Shown piece after piece: positions 27,213 to 36,942 of a stretch of 61,566 nucleotides of DNA. The position numbers and the translations under genes were made by a program. How positions within the stretch are numbered: the stretch's first letter is position 1; the number at the start of each line of letters is the position of its first letter. This DNA is from Chloroflexota bacterium (lineage in GTDB: Bacteria > Chloroflexota > Anaerolineae > Aggregatilineales > UBA2796): assembly GCA_040007395.1 (NCBI GenBank), contig JBDTVG010000179.1, positions 1 to 61,566 of the forward strand, in the 5' to 3' direction. A model generated the notes under the pieces. That model saw only the letters and a list, made by a program, of their open reading frames with translations. It had not been told where the DNA came from and ran no database searches.

Positions 27213-28841
27213 ATGCACGCGATTGCACTTTTTATCTATGGTACCGAAATGCGACAGGAGCTGTTGTGTATCAAATGCACCCAGCTTGTGCCGACTATCT
27301 TGCTGCGTTTGTTCGGCAACCATGCGTCGGACTTGACATCTTCCCACTCTCCCTACCAATACATCTACATACCAGGTGTGCAGTACCTTGTCCACAGTTT
27401 TCTAATCCTGCAAGTAACAGACGAAGAAAAGAAGGTCGTTGAGACTATCACATGGTCCTATCGAAGCTCGCCACAGACTTTTCTATGGCAGGATAGCCAC
27501 TGGTATGAATTTCCGTTTGGGGATGGCAGTCGAAGTGGTCATCGGGATTATCGTCTCGTCTCTGCTGCGACGTGCGCCACAAGTTATCCGACAGTTCCGG
27601 GTAGCGATGGCCCTTTCGTCATTCCATCGGCGCTGGGATCTGCGCCAAGTTCAGACATCACCATCCAACGCTCTGCCAGAGAAGGAAAGGGCAAGACTTG
27701 GTGGTGGATCGGCGGCAATACAAAACCGGTAAAGGATATTCTGGATGAGGCTGGAGCGCGCTGGTCGCGCCGCCGTCAACAATGGTATTACATTGGTGAA
27801 GTTTTGCCCGTTGCTATCCAAGCCCTTGGCGAAGCGAAACCATCACTTGCTGCTTCAGCCGACCTAGTCCAGTCGCGTTCGGATAGTGGGCTGTTTCCTA
27901 ACAACGGCGGAATCGCCATATCGCAGACGGTCAGTGAATCTCATCGAACTTCACTTGAGCTGTTGCCGGAAAATGCGAACACAACTTCCGCCCCAGAGTT
28001 GGTGCGTTATACAGCAACCCCTGTGGCTGCGATGCCAGCGGAATCCGGGTCGAATGAAGAAAGCGTGATGCGCTCGGTGCAGACCGACGATGTACAGGCA
28101 GCGCTCATCGCGCACATCCATGATTGGGAACGGGGTAAACCTATCCTCATTGATTTCGTGGGATCGCGCAACGCGATTAAACAACTCCTCGCCAAACCCT
28201 TCAACCCCGGCAATATAGGGCGGGGCGATGGGGTGGGATTCATCCTCGTCAATGGCAGCAGTTTCTCCAACTTCCGCTTGCCCGACCTGAATTACAAAGC
28301 AATCTCGGCGAGTCTCAAGAACCGGGCCATCGAAGGGCGCATTGTCTCTCTGGACGCGACTACTGCTGCTCCCAAGCAAGAGTGCTATGTCCTCGTGTCT
28401 GGGCCGATCCGCATTCCCGAAACAGACGATCCGGAAACCGTGGCCGCGATCTGGCAGCGCTATGTCCGTTATCGGCAAGCCCCCAATCGTCCAGAATTTG
28501 CCCGCTATGAACCCACAGCTTGGACAACAGACCTATACAACGTCTATCAAGCCCTGCGTGTGCGACTAGGACGGCCCCTGCATATCGGCTGGATGCCTTG
28601 GCTGTTCCAGCAAGTCGCTGACCAGCAGTTAACTTCTCCCAAACTCGGCTTGAGCGGAGTCATGGTGTGCAAGTATATCGGCGGCTACATCACGCCTAAA
28701 GCCGCTGGTGCCGTCGAGCAAGGTGCCTATCGGCTGACGTGTAGTGAGGTCAGTGAGCTATGGGGTGAGGTGATCATGGCCAATCCCCAGCGGGCGCAAG
28801 GAATTGTGTTCAAGTCTGATGAGAAAGGAGCCGTGTCATGA
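27213..28841 (+). CDS. Hypothetical protein (about 540 aa), translationally coupled to the methyltransferase-helicase gene. Contains a Trp-rich KGKTWWWIGG...ARWSRRRQQWYYIG segment.
   Basis: SD ggagg before the ATG at 27213; the ORF could start earlier (27150 or 27192). The stop overlaps the next ATG by 4 nt. Confidence 0.45.
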   Translation: MHAIALFIYGTEMRQELLCIKCTQLVPTILLRLFGNHASDLTSSHSPYQYIYIPGVQYLVHSFLILQVTDEEKKVVETITWSYRSSPQTFLWQDSHWYEFPFGDGSRSGHRDYRLVSAATCATSYPTVPGSDGPFVIPSALGSAPSSDITIQRSAREGKGKTWWWIGGNTKPVKDILDEAGARWSRRRQQWYYIGEVLPVAIQALGEAKPSLAASADLVQSRSDSGLFPNNGGIAISQTVSESHRTSLELLPENANTTSAPELVRYTATPVAAMPAESGSNEESVMRSVQTDDVQAALIAHIHDWERGKPILIDFVGSRNAIKQLLAKPFNPGNIGRGDGVGFILVNGSSFSNFRLPDLNYKAISASLKNRAIEGRIVSLDATTAAPKQECYVLVSGPIRIPETDDPETVAAIWQRYVRYRQAPNRPEFARYEPTAWTTDLYNVYQALRVRLGRPLHIGWMPWLFQQVADQQLTSPKLGLSGVMVCKYIGGYITPKAAGAVEQGAYRLTCSEVSELWGEVIMANPQRAQGIVFKSDEKGAVS

Positions 28842-31800
28842 GACGCGCTGCAATTGAAAAGATTGGCTACTACCCCATTCCTGATGCGATGATGCACTGG
28901 ATCGTCGCCCAATTGAGCATCGCCGCCGGGGCGACCATTTCGTTCATCGACCCGTGCATGGGCGAAGGGGCAGCACTGAAGATCCTCAAAGATCAGGTGA
29001 AAGCCCATAAGGCTGAAGCCCTAGTCTATGGCTGCGAAATCAGTCGCCAGCGCTATGCCACGGCGCTCCAAACGGTACTGAACGAGCGACGCGAGGGTAT
29101 CAGTCGGCTGGTCAGTGGTGCGGCAGAGTTTATCGACACCAGCAAGCATACGTTCTCGTTGCTGTACCTCAACCCACCCTTTGATGAACGTGGCAAGGAG
29201 CAAAACCGCTGGCTCGAATTGACCGAGGAGTGGCTGGTGCCGGGCGGCTGGTTGATTTTCATCACGACCGAGGACTCCGCCCTTCGACCCGACACGCAGC
29301 GCTTGCTGGATCGCTGCTACGAGCAGGTGGTGTGCTATCGCTATCCAGACGCACAGCGTCATTTCAAGGAAGTGGTTGTCTTTGCCAAGCGTCGGCAGGC
29401 GAATAAGCGTGAGGCAATCCGCTCCGTGATCTACACCGCTAGCAGCCTGGCGACCTTGACCCTGCAAGAACAGTTCAGCTTCGAGGTTCCTGCTAGTAAG
29501 GCTCCGCAGCGCTTCACGATGACGGTGCCGGATCTGGAAGACAGCCTGACTTGTCTCCACGAGATGGGCATCAGCACCACCGCGTTATGGACACGCCTCA
29601 CCCAGTCCGCTTCATTGTCCAGCAAATGGCAGCCTCTCCTTGAACTCGGCGATGGACACATTGCCAATCTCATCAGTTCCGGTGCCTTTGATGGAATGCC
29701 TATCGATGATCCTGACTTGGGTCGCTGCCTGATTACGGGCTACGGCACAAAAGAGAAGACCGAGCCAGTCGTCGAAGTCGATGAGGATGGCATCACCGAG
29801 AAAGAGACTGTCACTGAGATTGCGGTGGTGCATCTGGTGGTGATGAATATCGACACAGGTGAACTGCATAAGTTCAGCAGCCGCGATCCCGGCCGGATGG
29901 AGTCATTCATCCTGCGCCACCTACACACGCTCAAAGCGGCCATTGCCGATACCCTCAAACCTATCTTCGACCCTGAAACGATGTTGGATGCTTACCTGCC
30001 GTATGTGCCACATTTCAAAGCGCCCGGTGTGTTACCTGGTGCAACCCGGCTGCGACTGCACAATGGCGACAAACTGCGTGTGAAAGCGAAACACGATGGC
30101 TATTACTTGGCCCAGCGCGACGAGGGTGAGGCAGTTAAGGTACTCAAGTCTGAGGTGGCCCACCTTTACCAGAATATGCTACCGGCCCAAATCATCAAGG
30201 CCGCGGCGATGGCTTATGCCATGCAGCACACGACGACCAGCGTCATCGAAGTTGGTCAGATGGGTGTGGGCAAAACCAGTACGGGAATGCTGACGTTGTA
30301 CCTGTATCTGGCGAAACAGATCGAACGCGCCATGCTGCCTCTCAAAGACACCTTGCAAAAACTCGGTGAGTTGGAGAGCGATCTGCTTGAGGCACAGCGC
30401 ACAGGCCACCGCCAGCACGTCCGCAGCCTCAAGGAAGCGATCCGATTGACCGAGAAGACGCTGAAAGCGATGTTCAAGATCGTCGTGGTCTGTCCCGGTC
30501 ATCTGGTCAACAAGTGGGCACGGGAAGCGACCACTAACTTCTCCGAGATGCAGATCGGCGGTCAGAAGGCGACGGTCATTATTCCGGGTCGTGCGCCGCA
30601 CCGTGTGACACATTATGAGTTACTCGGCAGCCGTGTGGTTTGCCAGGACTGCGGCGCTGTGGCTGATATTAGCCTGTCCCGTGCAGAGATCTTGAAAGGT
30701 CTCAAGCTCAAGGACAAGCTGCTGCGGTTGAGCCGCCTGAAATGCAGCAATCCTGAGTGCGGACATTGGCTTATCCAGACTTACGAGGACTGTGCTGTTG
30801 AAGACATCGACAATGCTTTCGCGGCACCCGGCTTGACCATCTTGGTACTGTCCAAAGAGGATGCCAAACTCGGTGCCAACTGGGAGGCTGCATTCATCCC
30901 GAAGGCGATGCCGCTCTGGGATGAAGCAGGTCATCTCCAACGCAACGCGGAGGGTCGCCTTCAGACCTATACGGTCGCCCAATGCCCGGAATGCGGGGCG
31001 ATTGCCATGAACCGCAAAGGCGACGAAGCGTTGTCTGTCGAGCAGATCACCGACCCAGATAAGCGCAAGAAATACTACTGCAAAGGCACAGTGCAGCGGG
31101 TCAAGCGCGAAGGGGGCAAAGTCGTCATGGAAGCTCAAACTTTCTATGTGTGGCAGGGCCGCAAATATCAATCGCAGCATCTGCCCGAAGGGACTGATCC
31201 CCAGAAACTCGTTAAGGTGACTCGGATGGTGCCAGCAACCGTAACTGAACGCTGTGGCGCACCCCTGTTTACTTTCACCCGCTTGGGCAGCACAACCAAG
31301 CATTCTAAGATTAGTCCCAAGCCGCGCAACCGTTATGCGTCATGGACACGGGGTGAAGTGTATCCCAATCACGGATCGGCCCGGTGGGAGCTGGCGAAGG
31401 TCATCGCTCGGCAGCATCGTGGCGAGTATCTCCTTGTTATTGATGAATGCCATATGTTCAAGGCGCAAACGTCGATTCAAGGACTGGCAGTACAATGGCT
31501 CATCGAGAGTGCCACGCGCACCATTGCCCTGACGGGGACAATCTTTGGCGGCAAAGCCTCCAGTTTATTCTACCTGCTGTACCGACTCTCACCTCGGTTC
31601 CGCGAAACCTTTGGCTGGAAATCCGTCGAGCGCTTTGTGGATCTGTTTGGTGTCCATGAATACATCACCAAGCGAACCCGCGTAGACAGTGAAGGCACAC
31701 CCAGCGCCTACGGGGCGCATATTAAGAAAACTGAACGCACCGACGAAGGTAATGGGGTCGATCCGTCCATCGTGCGCTGGCTGCTAAGTATTGGGGTGTT

Positions 31801-33310
31801 CCTCACGCTGGACGACTTGGGGATTGAACTACCGGAGAAGCAAGAGCAGTTTCATTTCCTGACTCCGGAACTGGAACTGAAAGCAGGGTTGCATGGCCTA
31901 AGCCAAATCCGGCAGGAGGCTGCCAAGCTCGCCGCCCGCGGCGATTTTTCGCTGTTTTCGGCGTGGATGCAGGCGGCACTGGGCTGGAGTCTCTGCCCGG
32001 ATCAGGATGAGATCTATATGGCCCCTGAGCATCGTCAGAAGGTGGCGAAACTGCTCGTTGAGGGGAAAGTCGAAGAGGCTAGCCTCCATGAGAAACTGCA
32101 TAGCGACCTGTGGGCATCGGCGGTCCCGTTTACCCCGGAGCGTCCCGAAGGCAGGATTGTCCAAGAGATAGCCGATGCCTGCCTGAATGGTTGGCGCGAT
32201 TTGGGTGACCGGTCGGTGGTGTATGTATCCGGCGTAAAGCGGCCTGCCAACAAACACCTCTATCACGCGATGAAACGGCGCGGTCTCAAGCCGTTCATCC
32301 TAGCGACCCCCGGCGATATGGAAGTGGTTAAGTGGTGTGCGCCAGAGGACTTCGCCCGCTGCGATCTGGAAGACCGGGAAGCGGTGATCACCGAGGCGCT
32401 CGAACACAAAGACAGCAATGTCCTCATCGTCAATCCACCGCTGGTAGCCACTGGTCTGGATCTGATTGCCTTCAATCACCTGCATTTCTGTGGTGTGCCG
32501 ACCTACAGTGTCTACCTCTTCGAGCAGGCGATGTGTCGTCTACACCGTCCGGGCCAGCAAAAGAAGGTCACAATCCACTTCTGGGTCTACGGGTGGAATC
32601 CGACAGAGGGCAACGCCAAAGAGAACGAACTACAGGCGTTAGCCATGGCGGTCATGTCAGACAAAGTGCGGGCTTCGGCAGTTGTCTCCGGCAGTGTCGG
32701 CGCAGCGCTAGCCGCGCTTAACCAGACACAGGGCGACATCATGAATACCTTGCGTGAGTTGCTGCTCAGTGGCGAAGCCGACCAGATTACCGTGGCTGAG
32801 ACGAGCGACCAAGTGATTTTCAAAGAAGCGCTGCGCGTAAACCCACTCTATGCCAAAATCGAGGCACTCGTCGAGCAATACGATGATGCACGGCAACCTT
32901 TTGTCGAGGCAAGTGTACCGGAGCGATTTATGCCAATGACCCCTGTTATCTATCAGCCCGAACTGACTCCTGCGACGGCTGAACCACTGCTGGTCATTGC
33001 CGTAGAACCGGCTTCCCCATTGGAGCCTGATTGGAAAGGCGATCCCTTGCTGCTCCTGCTGGCGGATTTGGGCGGGAGTATCACGAATATCTCCAATACC
33101 GTGTTTGCTATCCAACTACAAAAGCCAGCGCGTTCGCCCAAAGTTAAGGCACCACGCCGCAAACGGCGTGTAAATCTATTGGATGCGCCTGACGACCTGC
33201 CAAAGCCTCCCCAAGTGCGCTGGCTGCCTGATCCTTGCCTAGATCCCATTCGTGAAACTACGCCCAACGGCACACCTTTGATGGAAGTCGTGCAGCTTGA
33301 GTTGTTTTAA
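28838..33310 (+). CDS. Giant fusion protein: N-terminal N6-adenine DNA methyltransferase plus a SNF2/DEAD-like helicase with inserted zinc ribbons. Typical of plasmid/ICE anti-restriction and transfer modules.
   Basis: MTase motif I FIDPCMGEGAAL and motif IV NPPF. Helicase DExH box LVIDECHMF and motifs V/VI (LIVNPPLVATGLDL; QAMCRLHRPGQ). CxxC pairs: CQDCGAV...CSNPECGH, CPECGAI...YYCKG. Confidence 0.85.
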   Translation: MRRAAIEKIGYYPIPDAMMHWIVAQLSIAAGATISFIDPCMGEGAALKILKDQVKAHKAEALVYGCEISRQRYATALQTVLNERREGISRLVSGAAEFIDTSKHTFSLLYLNPPFDERGKEQNRWLELTEEWLVPGGWLIFITTEDSALRPDTQRLLDRCYEQVVCYRYPDAQRHFKEVVVFAKRRQANKREAIRSVIYTASSLATLTLQEQFSFEVPASKAPQRFTMTVPDLEDSLTCLHEMGISTTALWTRLTQSASLSSKWQPLLELGDGHIANLISSGAFDGMPIDDPDLGRCLITGYGTKEKTEPVVEVDEDGITEKETVTEIAVVHLVVMNIDTGELHKFSSRDPGRMESFILRHLHTLKAAIADTLKPIFDPETMLDAYLPYVPHFKAPGVLPGATRLRLHNGDKLRVKAKHDGYYLAQRDEGEAVKVLKSEVAHLYQNMLPAQIIKAAAMAYAMQHTTTSVIEVGQMGVGKTSTGMLTLYLYLAKQIERAMLPLKDTLQKLGELESDLLEAQRTGHRQHVRSLKEAIRLTEKTLKAMFKIVVVCPGHLVNKWAREATTNFSEMQIGGQKATVIIPGRAPHRVTHYELLGSRVVCQDCGAVADISLSRAEILKGLKLKDKLLRLSRLKCSNPECGHWLIQTYEDCAVEDIDNAFAAPGLTILVLSKEDAKLGANWEAAFIPKAMPLWDEAGHLQRNAEGRLQTYTVAQCPECGAIAMNRKGDEALSVEQITDPDKRKKYYCKGTVQRVKREGGKVVMEAQTFYVWQGRKYQSQHLPEGTDPQKLVKVTRMVPATVTERCGAPLFTFTRLGSTTKHSKISPKPRNRYASWTRGEVYPNHGSARWELAKVIARQHRGEYLLVIDECHMFKAQTSIQGLAVQWLIESATRTIALTGTIFGGKASSLFYLLYRLSPRFRETFGWKSVERFVDLFGVHEYITKRTRVDSEGTPSAYGAHIKKTERTDEGNGVDPSIVRWLLSIGVFLTLDDLGIELPEKQEQFHFLTPELELKAGLHGLSQIRQEAAKLAARGDFSLFSAWMQAALGWSLCPDQDEIYMAPEHRQKVAKLLVEGKVEEASLHEKLHSDLWASAVPFTPERPEGRIVQEIADACLNGWRDLGDRSVVYVSGVKRPANKHLYHAMKRRGLKPFILATPGDMEVVKWCAPEDFARCDLEDREAVITEALEHKDSNVLIVNPPLVATGLDLIAFNHLHFCGVPTYSVYLFEQAMCRLHRPGQQKKVTIHFWVYGWNPTEGNAKENELQALAMAVMSDKVRASAVVSGSVGAALAALNQTQGDIMNTLRELLLSGEADQITVAETSDQVIFKEALRVNPLYAKIEALVEQYDDARQPFVEASVPERFMPMTPVIYQPELTPATAEPLLVIAVEPASPLEPDWKGDPLLLLLADLGGSITNISNTVFAIQLQKPARSPKVKAPRRKRRVNLLDAPDDLPKPPQVRWLPDPCLDPIRETTPNGTPLMEVVQLELF

Positions 33311-33332
33311 GGCAAGCCGCAAAAAGTGAAGC

Positions 33333-33370
33333 ACAGGATGTCATCGCACGATGACATCCTGTTTGTCGCA
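33333..33370 (+). terminator. Intrinsic terminator after the methyltransferase-helicase gene (caggatgtcatcg cac gatgacatcctg, then tttgtcgc).
   Basis: 13-bp perfect stem followed by a T-rich run. Confidence 0.5.
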
Positions 33371-33497
33371 ATTATCGACTTTCTACGCGCAAAACTTGTT
33401 TAATAGAACGTTTGTGCTATAATCTAGGTGAGAAACATCAGCCTTCCGTCGTAATGGTTGCATCAAACCGTAGCTATCTAGCACGAGGACACGCACG

Positions 33498-34421
33498 ATG
33501 AATGCTGAAACGGAAACTTTCATTCGTGACCTATTTACGGGCTGTAGTACAGAGCCAGTTTTCTTGACGCTAACTGCCATTCACCCCGATGGCGATAAAC
33601 CTACGCCATCGCGTCATGTGCGGCTAGGCGATACTGTCGCCCTTGAACAGGCCTTGTCTGGACTACACAAAGCGAATGATCTAGGATGGGGTGCTTATAT
33701 CGGCATTGCGCCGCGCCATCAGGACTTGGGCCGTTGGTCACGCGGTCGCAAAAGCAATCTGGCTTGTTTGCCCGCGTTATTTGTGGACATTGACCAGCCC
33801 GATAATGCGCTTATCCGTCTGGGCTGGTTTGATCTCCCGGCCTCATGTATTTTGCATAGCGGGCGCGGGTATCACGCCTACTGGTTCCTCGACCCACCAA
33901 CAACAGATTTTATCCAGGCTGATAAGCTGCTGCATGGTCTGGCTCAACGTCTCAATGGTGATGCAGCCTTGTCAGTAGCGCAAAGTATGCGTCTGCCAGG
34001 AACCATAAACACCAAATTGGGGCGCGCTCATGCCGTGTGTCATTTCGTGGGCTACCATCCTGAACGGCGCTACGATCTGACTGAGTTCAAACCCTTCCTG
34101 CCCAAAGTTCTATCGTACACGAACCGTCGCCACACTTGGGAAACTCAGGAACGCAACACCGCTAAACTATCGCCATTAGCACTTGATACGTTGACCGATG
34201 CTGTGCTTTACCAGTTAGAGGGGCGCTGGCGCTCTAACGGATTCATCGGTGCGCTTTGTCCACTGCCGCATCTGAGAGATAGACCAGGAATGCATTTCAG
34301 CTATCACGCTGAGACCGGCTGGGGCCATTGTTTTGGGAAACACGGAAAAATATCCCCAATGGACCTAGAGGAGTTGTTAGGTGTATCTGTACAGCATCAT
34401 TCGTCGGTTGGCGCAGCATGA
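33498..34421 (+). CDS. Primase-polymerase (PrimPol/bifunctional primase) like protein.
   Basis: LFVDIDQPD...ILHSGRGYHAYWFL resembles the prim-pol catalytic motifs (DxD...SGxGxHxY). Sits in a mobile-element context. Confidence 0.55.
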   Translation: MNAETETFIRDLFTGCSTEPVFLTLTAIHPDGDKPTPSRHVRLGDTVALEQALSGLHKANDLGWGAYIGIAPRHQDLGRWSRGRKSNLACLPALFVDIDQPDNALIRLGWFDLPASCILHSGRGYHAYWFLDPPTTDFIQADKLLHGLAQRLNGDAALSVAQSMRLPGTINTKLGRAHAVCHFVGYHPERRYDLTEFKPFLPKVLSYTNRRHTWETQERNTAKLSPLALDTLTDAVLYQLEGRWRSNGFIGALCPLPHLRDRPGMHFSYHAETGWGHCFGKHGKISPMDLEELLGVSVQHHSSVGAA

Positions 34422-34448
34422 GCTTGCTCAGAAAGAGGCTATATTTCG

Positions 34449-34826
34449 ATGAACCATGACATACTCCATCGGCTTCGTACTATCTGCCTTGCCTTACCCG
34501 AAACAATAGAACAAAACGAGGGGAGTGTCGGCAAGCCTGTCTTCAAAGTGCGGAATAAAATTTTCGCCATGCAACATCTTATGGAGGATCGCCCGTCGCT
34601 GTGGTGTAAATCGACTCTGAGCTTTCAGGAGATGCTCGTCAGTTCCGAACCCGAACGCTATTTTGTCCCGCCCTATGTAGGGCATCACGGCTGGATTGGG
34701 ATATGGCTTGACGTTGACCTTGACTGGGGGTTTATCGGACATCTGGTGGAGGAAAGCTACCGCAAGACGGCTCCGAAGAAGCTTTCAGCGGGTATTGGAC
34801 AAAACAAGAGACAGGCCACTGGATAA
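34449..34826 (+). CDS. MmcQ/YjbR-family small DNA-binding-like protein.
   Basis: VRNKIFAM...YFVPPYVGHHGWIGIWLD matches the YjbR pattern. Confidence 0.55.
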   Translation: MNHDILHRLRTICLALPETIEQNEGSVGKPVFKVRNKIFAMQHLMEDRPSLWCKSTLSFQEMLVSSEPERYFVPPYVGHHGWIGIWLDVDLDWGFIGHLVEESYRKTAPKKLSAGIGQNKRQATG

Positions 34827-34846
34827 ACAGTGACGCTGTTGCTTGC

Positions 34847-36121
34847 TTACCGCTCATAATCCTGTGCTTTTAGGCCCGTCGTCGAAACCGTGCGAAGTTC
34901 ATTATACGCATGAACAAGGCTGAAATTATCGTCGTTCATGTGCTGACGTTGCTCCGGAGGCATGGCGTTCCATTCACCGTTGAGACGGTTGCCTTGAGCC
35001 TGCTTTGTTAGCCAGTGGACGGTCTTTTCAACATCGCGATTGTGGCCTGACATCAAGTAGCCCCGCTTGTTGAGAGTTTGCCCCAACTCGTGCGTGTAGT
35101 CCTCAGCGCGTTCCTTTGCCTTCGGGTTAAAGTGAGCAACTTCCAGCATGGCACTGTTATCTTGCTGACTCACGAACGCAGCGGCAGCATACCCAATTCG
35201 TGTCCGACCATCCGGCGAAATAATGGGCAGAAGCTTGAGCGTGACCCTTTGCCGATCCGAAGGGAGTCTCAGTTGGTTAGCCGTATGGTTAATGGCATGG
35301 TCGCCTTGTTCCCACGCTGCATTTCGTTCAGGGCTGAGTGGCTTCCATAAGCCAGATAAGCCATTTTCTCTAGCCTCATCAGTCAACAGTTTCACAGTCT
35401 CCTGAATATCCTCAGCACGCCCTATCGTCACACGTTTATCCTGCCTCAGACTCACCAGCAAATGATCGGCATATTTTTCAGCCTGTGTTTGTTCATCAGG
35501 CGCAAAGTGGCCTATTTCCATCAGACGGCGCTGCTGTGCCTGAGTGACAAGCGCTGCTGTCGCAAAGCCGACAGGCGTTTTCCCATTCGGCGAGATCACT
35601 GGGACCACTCCAACCTGAACTTGCTGTCGGGCTGGATTATCGGGCGCTAACCACAGTTTTCCCGTATGGGGATCGATTTCGCCACCCCGCTCAAAAGGCA
35701 TAGCATGGACGGCGGCAACCTTTTCTAGGACATCGACTGCAATATGGCGATGACAAAAGGTGCTAGGTGAGCAGTAGCAGGTCAGCGTCACCTGTTCCCC
35801 TTGCAGCAGATCCAGAAAGGGCTGCTTGTCTCGCGCATATCTATCTCGCAACAGCCCTAAATACTGCGTCGTATAGGCCTCGTCGGTGAGCGGCGTTGTT
35901 GGTCGGCCTGTCACTTTATCAATTTTCCAGCGATCTATTTCTATCTGATTCTGACTCTGCATCGCTTCATACAACTTATGTCCAGCAACGAGCGGCCAAG
36001 TAGGAGCCAGAACGCTGCCTCGACCTTGCTGACCGGATTGCACCGTTGTATTAATACGCGTATTCTGAGAGTTCGTTTTATCATCGTCTCTGGTCAAGCG
36101 ACTGGTAAACACTTGGACCAT
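34847..36121 (-). CDS. Protein with an N-terminal DUF4326-like Cys/His motif (LTCYCSPSTFCHRHI) and an internally duplicated C-terminal domain of about 110 aa.
   Basis: VVPVISPNGKTPVGFATAALVTQAQQRRLMEIGHFAPDEQTQAEKYADHL repeats as LLPIISPDGRTRIGYAAAAFVSQQDNSAMLEVAHFNPKAKERAEDYTHEL. Confidence 0.45.
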   Translation of the reverse strand: MVQVFTSRLTRDDDKTNSQNTRINTTVQSGQQGRGSVLAPTWPLVAGHKLYEAMQSQNQIEIDRWKIDKVTGRPTTPLTDEAYTTQYLGLLRDRYARDKQPFLDLLQGEQVTLTCYCSPSTFCHRHIAVDVLEKVAAVHAMPFERGGEIDPHTGKLWLAPDNPARQQVQVGVVPVISPNGKTPVGFATAALVTQAQQRRLMEIGHFAPDEQTQAEKYADHLLVSLRQDKRVTIGRAEDIQETVKLLTDEARENGLSGLWKPLSPERNAAWEQGDHAINHTANQLRLPSDRQRVTLKLLPIISPDGRTRIGYAAAAFVSQQDNSAMLEVAHFNPKAKERAEDYTHELGQTLNKRGYLMSGHNRDVEKTVHWLTKQAQGNRLNGEWNAMPPEQRQHMNDDNFSLVHAYNELRTVSTTGLKAQDYER

Positions 36122-36489
36122 CAGAATCGCCCTTTATCAAGCGTTATCTCGACCAGTGGGATTACCAGAGAATCCAACTTAGCCGCAGCCTGACGAAAAG
36201 CAGCTTCGTCCAAGACGAAGGGCTGCCAGTCACTATGGGATGTAGGCAAAGGAATAAGCATGGGCTGACGAGGGGCGTAAATGGCTTCGGTTGCCATATC
36301 AAAGATGATATCTACTGGCAGCTCATCTGGCGTTCGACTTGTGATCTGGTAGACGAGCTGCCAAATCATTGTCCCCATGACAGCATAAGCAAGCTGCCGA
36401 TACTCATCGGTAACTAGGTCGTATTGAATCAGCCACGCATAGAAAAGCTGGGTTGTTCGCCCGTATGCCTCTATCCAATCCACAAGCAT
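36121..36489 (-). CDS. Hypothetical protein (about 122 aa).
   Basis: SD gggagg before the ATG at 36489. Stop adjacent to the start of the next gene. Confidence 0.35.
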   Translation of the reverse strand: MLVDWIEAYGRTTQLFYAWLIQYDLVTDEYRQLAYAVMGTMIWQLVYQITSRTPDELPVDIIFDMATEAIYAPRQPMLIPLPTSHSDWQPFVLDEAAFRQAAAKLDSLVIPLVEITLDKGRF

Positions 36490-36673
36490 GGAGCCTCCCT
36501 TCACTTCAATGGTCGGTAATGATTGTGCGATTAAGGCGTGGAGCCGACAAAACCTATCAGGTCAGGCAGTGGTCAGAAATGGCACTAAAAATCAATGTAG
36601 GCTCTATAACTTGTACTCCAACGCGGGTCGCCATTGAATATTGTTTTGCCAAGTTAGTGAGTTATCCACCGCT

Positions 36674-36942
36674 TCCAGCGGCCGCGCCGCTGGCCATGGT
36701 CGCCATCGAGGCGACCATACGATGTTGCATTGCAACATCGCTACTCACCGCGCCCGTCCGGTGTCACCTCAGGGGTGACGGACGCGGGAGTAGCCAGCTA
36801 AAGCTGGCCCCCGTCGCTGCGCTCTGGGGGAGTACGGTGCGCTCTACCGCGCACCGTGCAGGGCAAGTCGCCGACTTGCCCTGCATCGTCGTTGCCTCAT
36901 CAGGCAACGACACAACACCCTGCCGCTGGCGCGACAGGTGTT
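36674..36942. other. Cluster of seven or more consecutive perfect hairpins in about 270 bp. Candidate origin of transfer (oriT), single-strand origin, or structured RNA, located about 300 bp upstream of the relaxase module.
   Basis: Palindromes ccagcggccgcgccgctgg, gatgttgcattgcaacatc, ccggtgtcacc/ggtgacgg, gccagctaaagctggc, gtacggtgcgc/gcgcaccgtgc, gcagggcaagtcg/cgacttgccctgc, gtcgttgcc/ggcaacgac and caacacc/ggtgttg. Confidence 0.4.

Noticed and set aside
19888-28841. Search for JAB/MPN deubiquitinase and ParB genes expected in a full PRTRC cassette.
   Set aside because: No HxH...S..D JAB motif or ParB GxRR box could be found in any ORF of the interval, so the cassette is described as PRTRC-like or reduced rather than PRTRC.
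30179-31303. Minus-strand ORFs inside the methyltransferase-helicase gene (30179..30613, 30620..31303, 32708..33115).
   Set aside because: Antisense to a gene with clear MTase and helicase motifs. No independent start signals.
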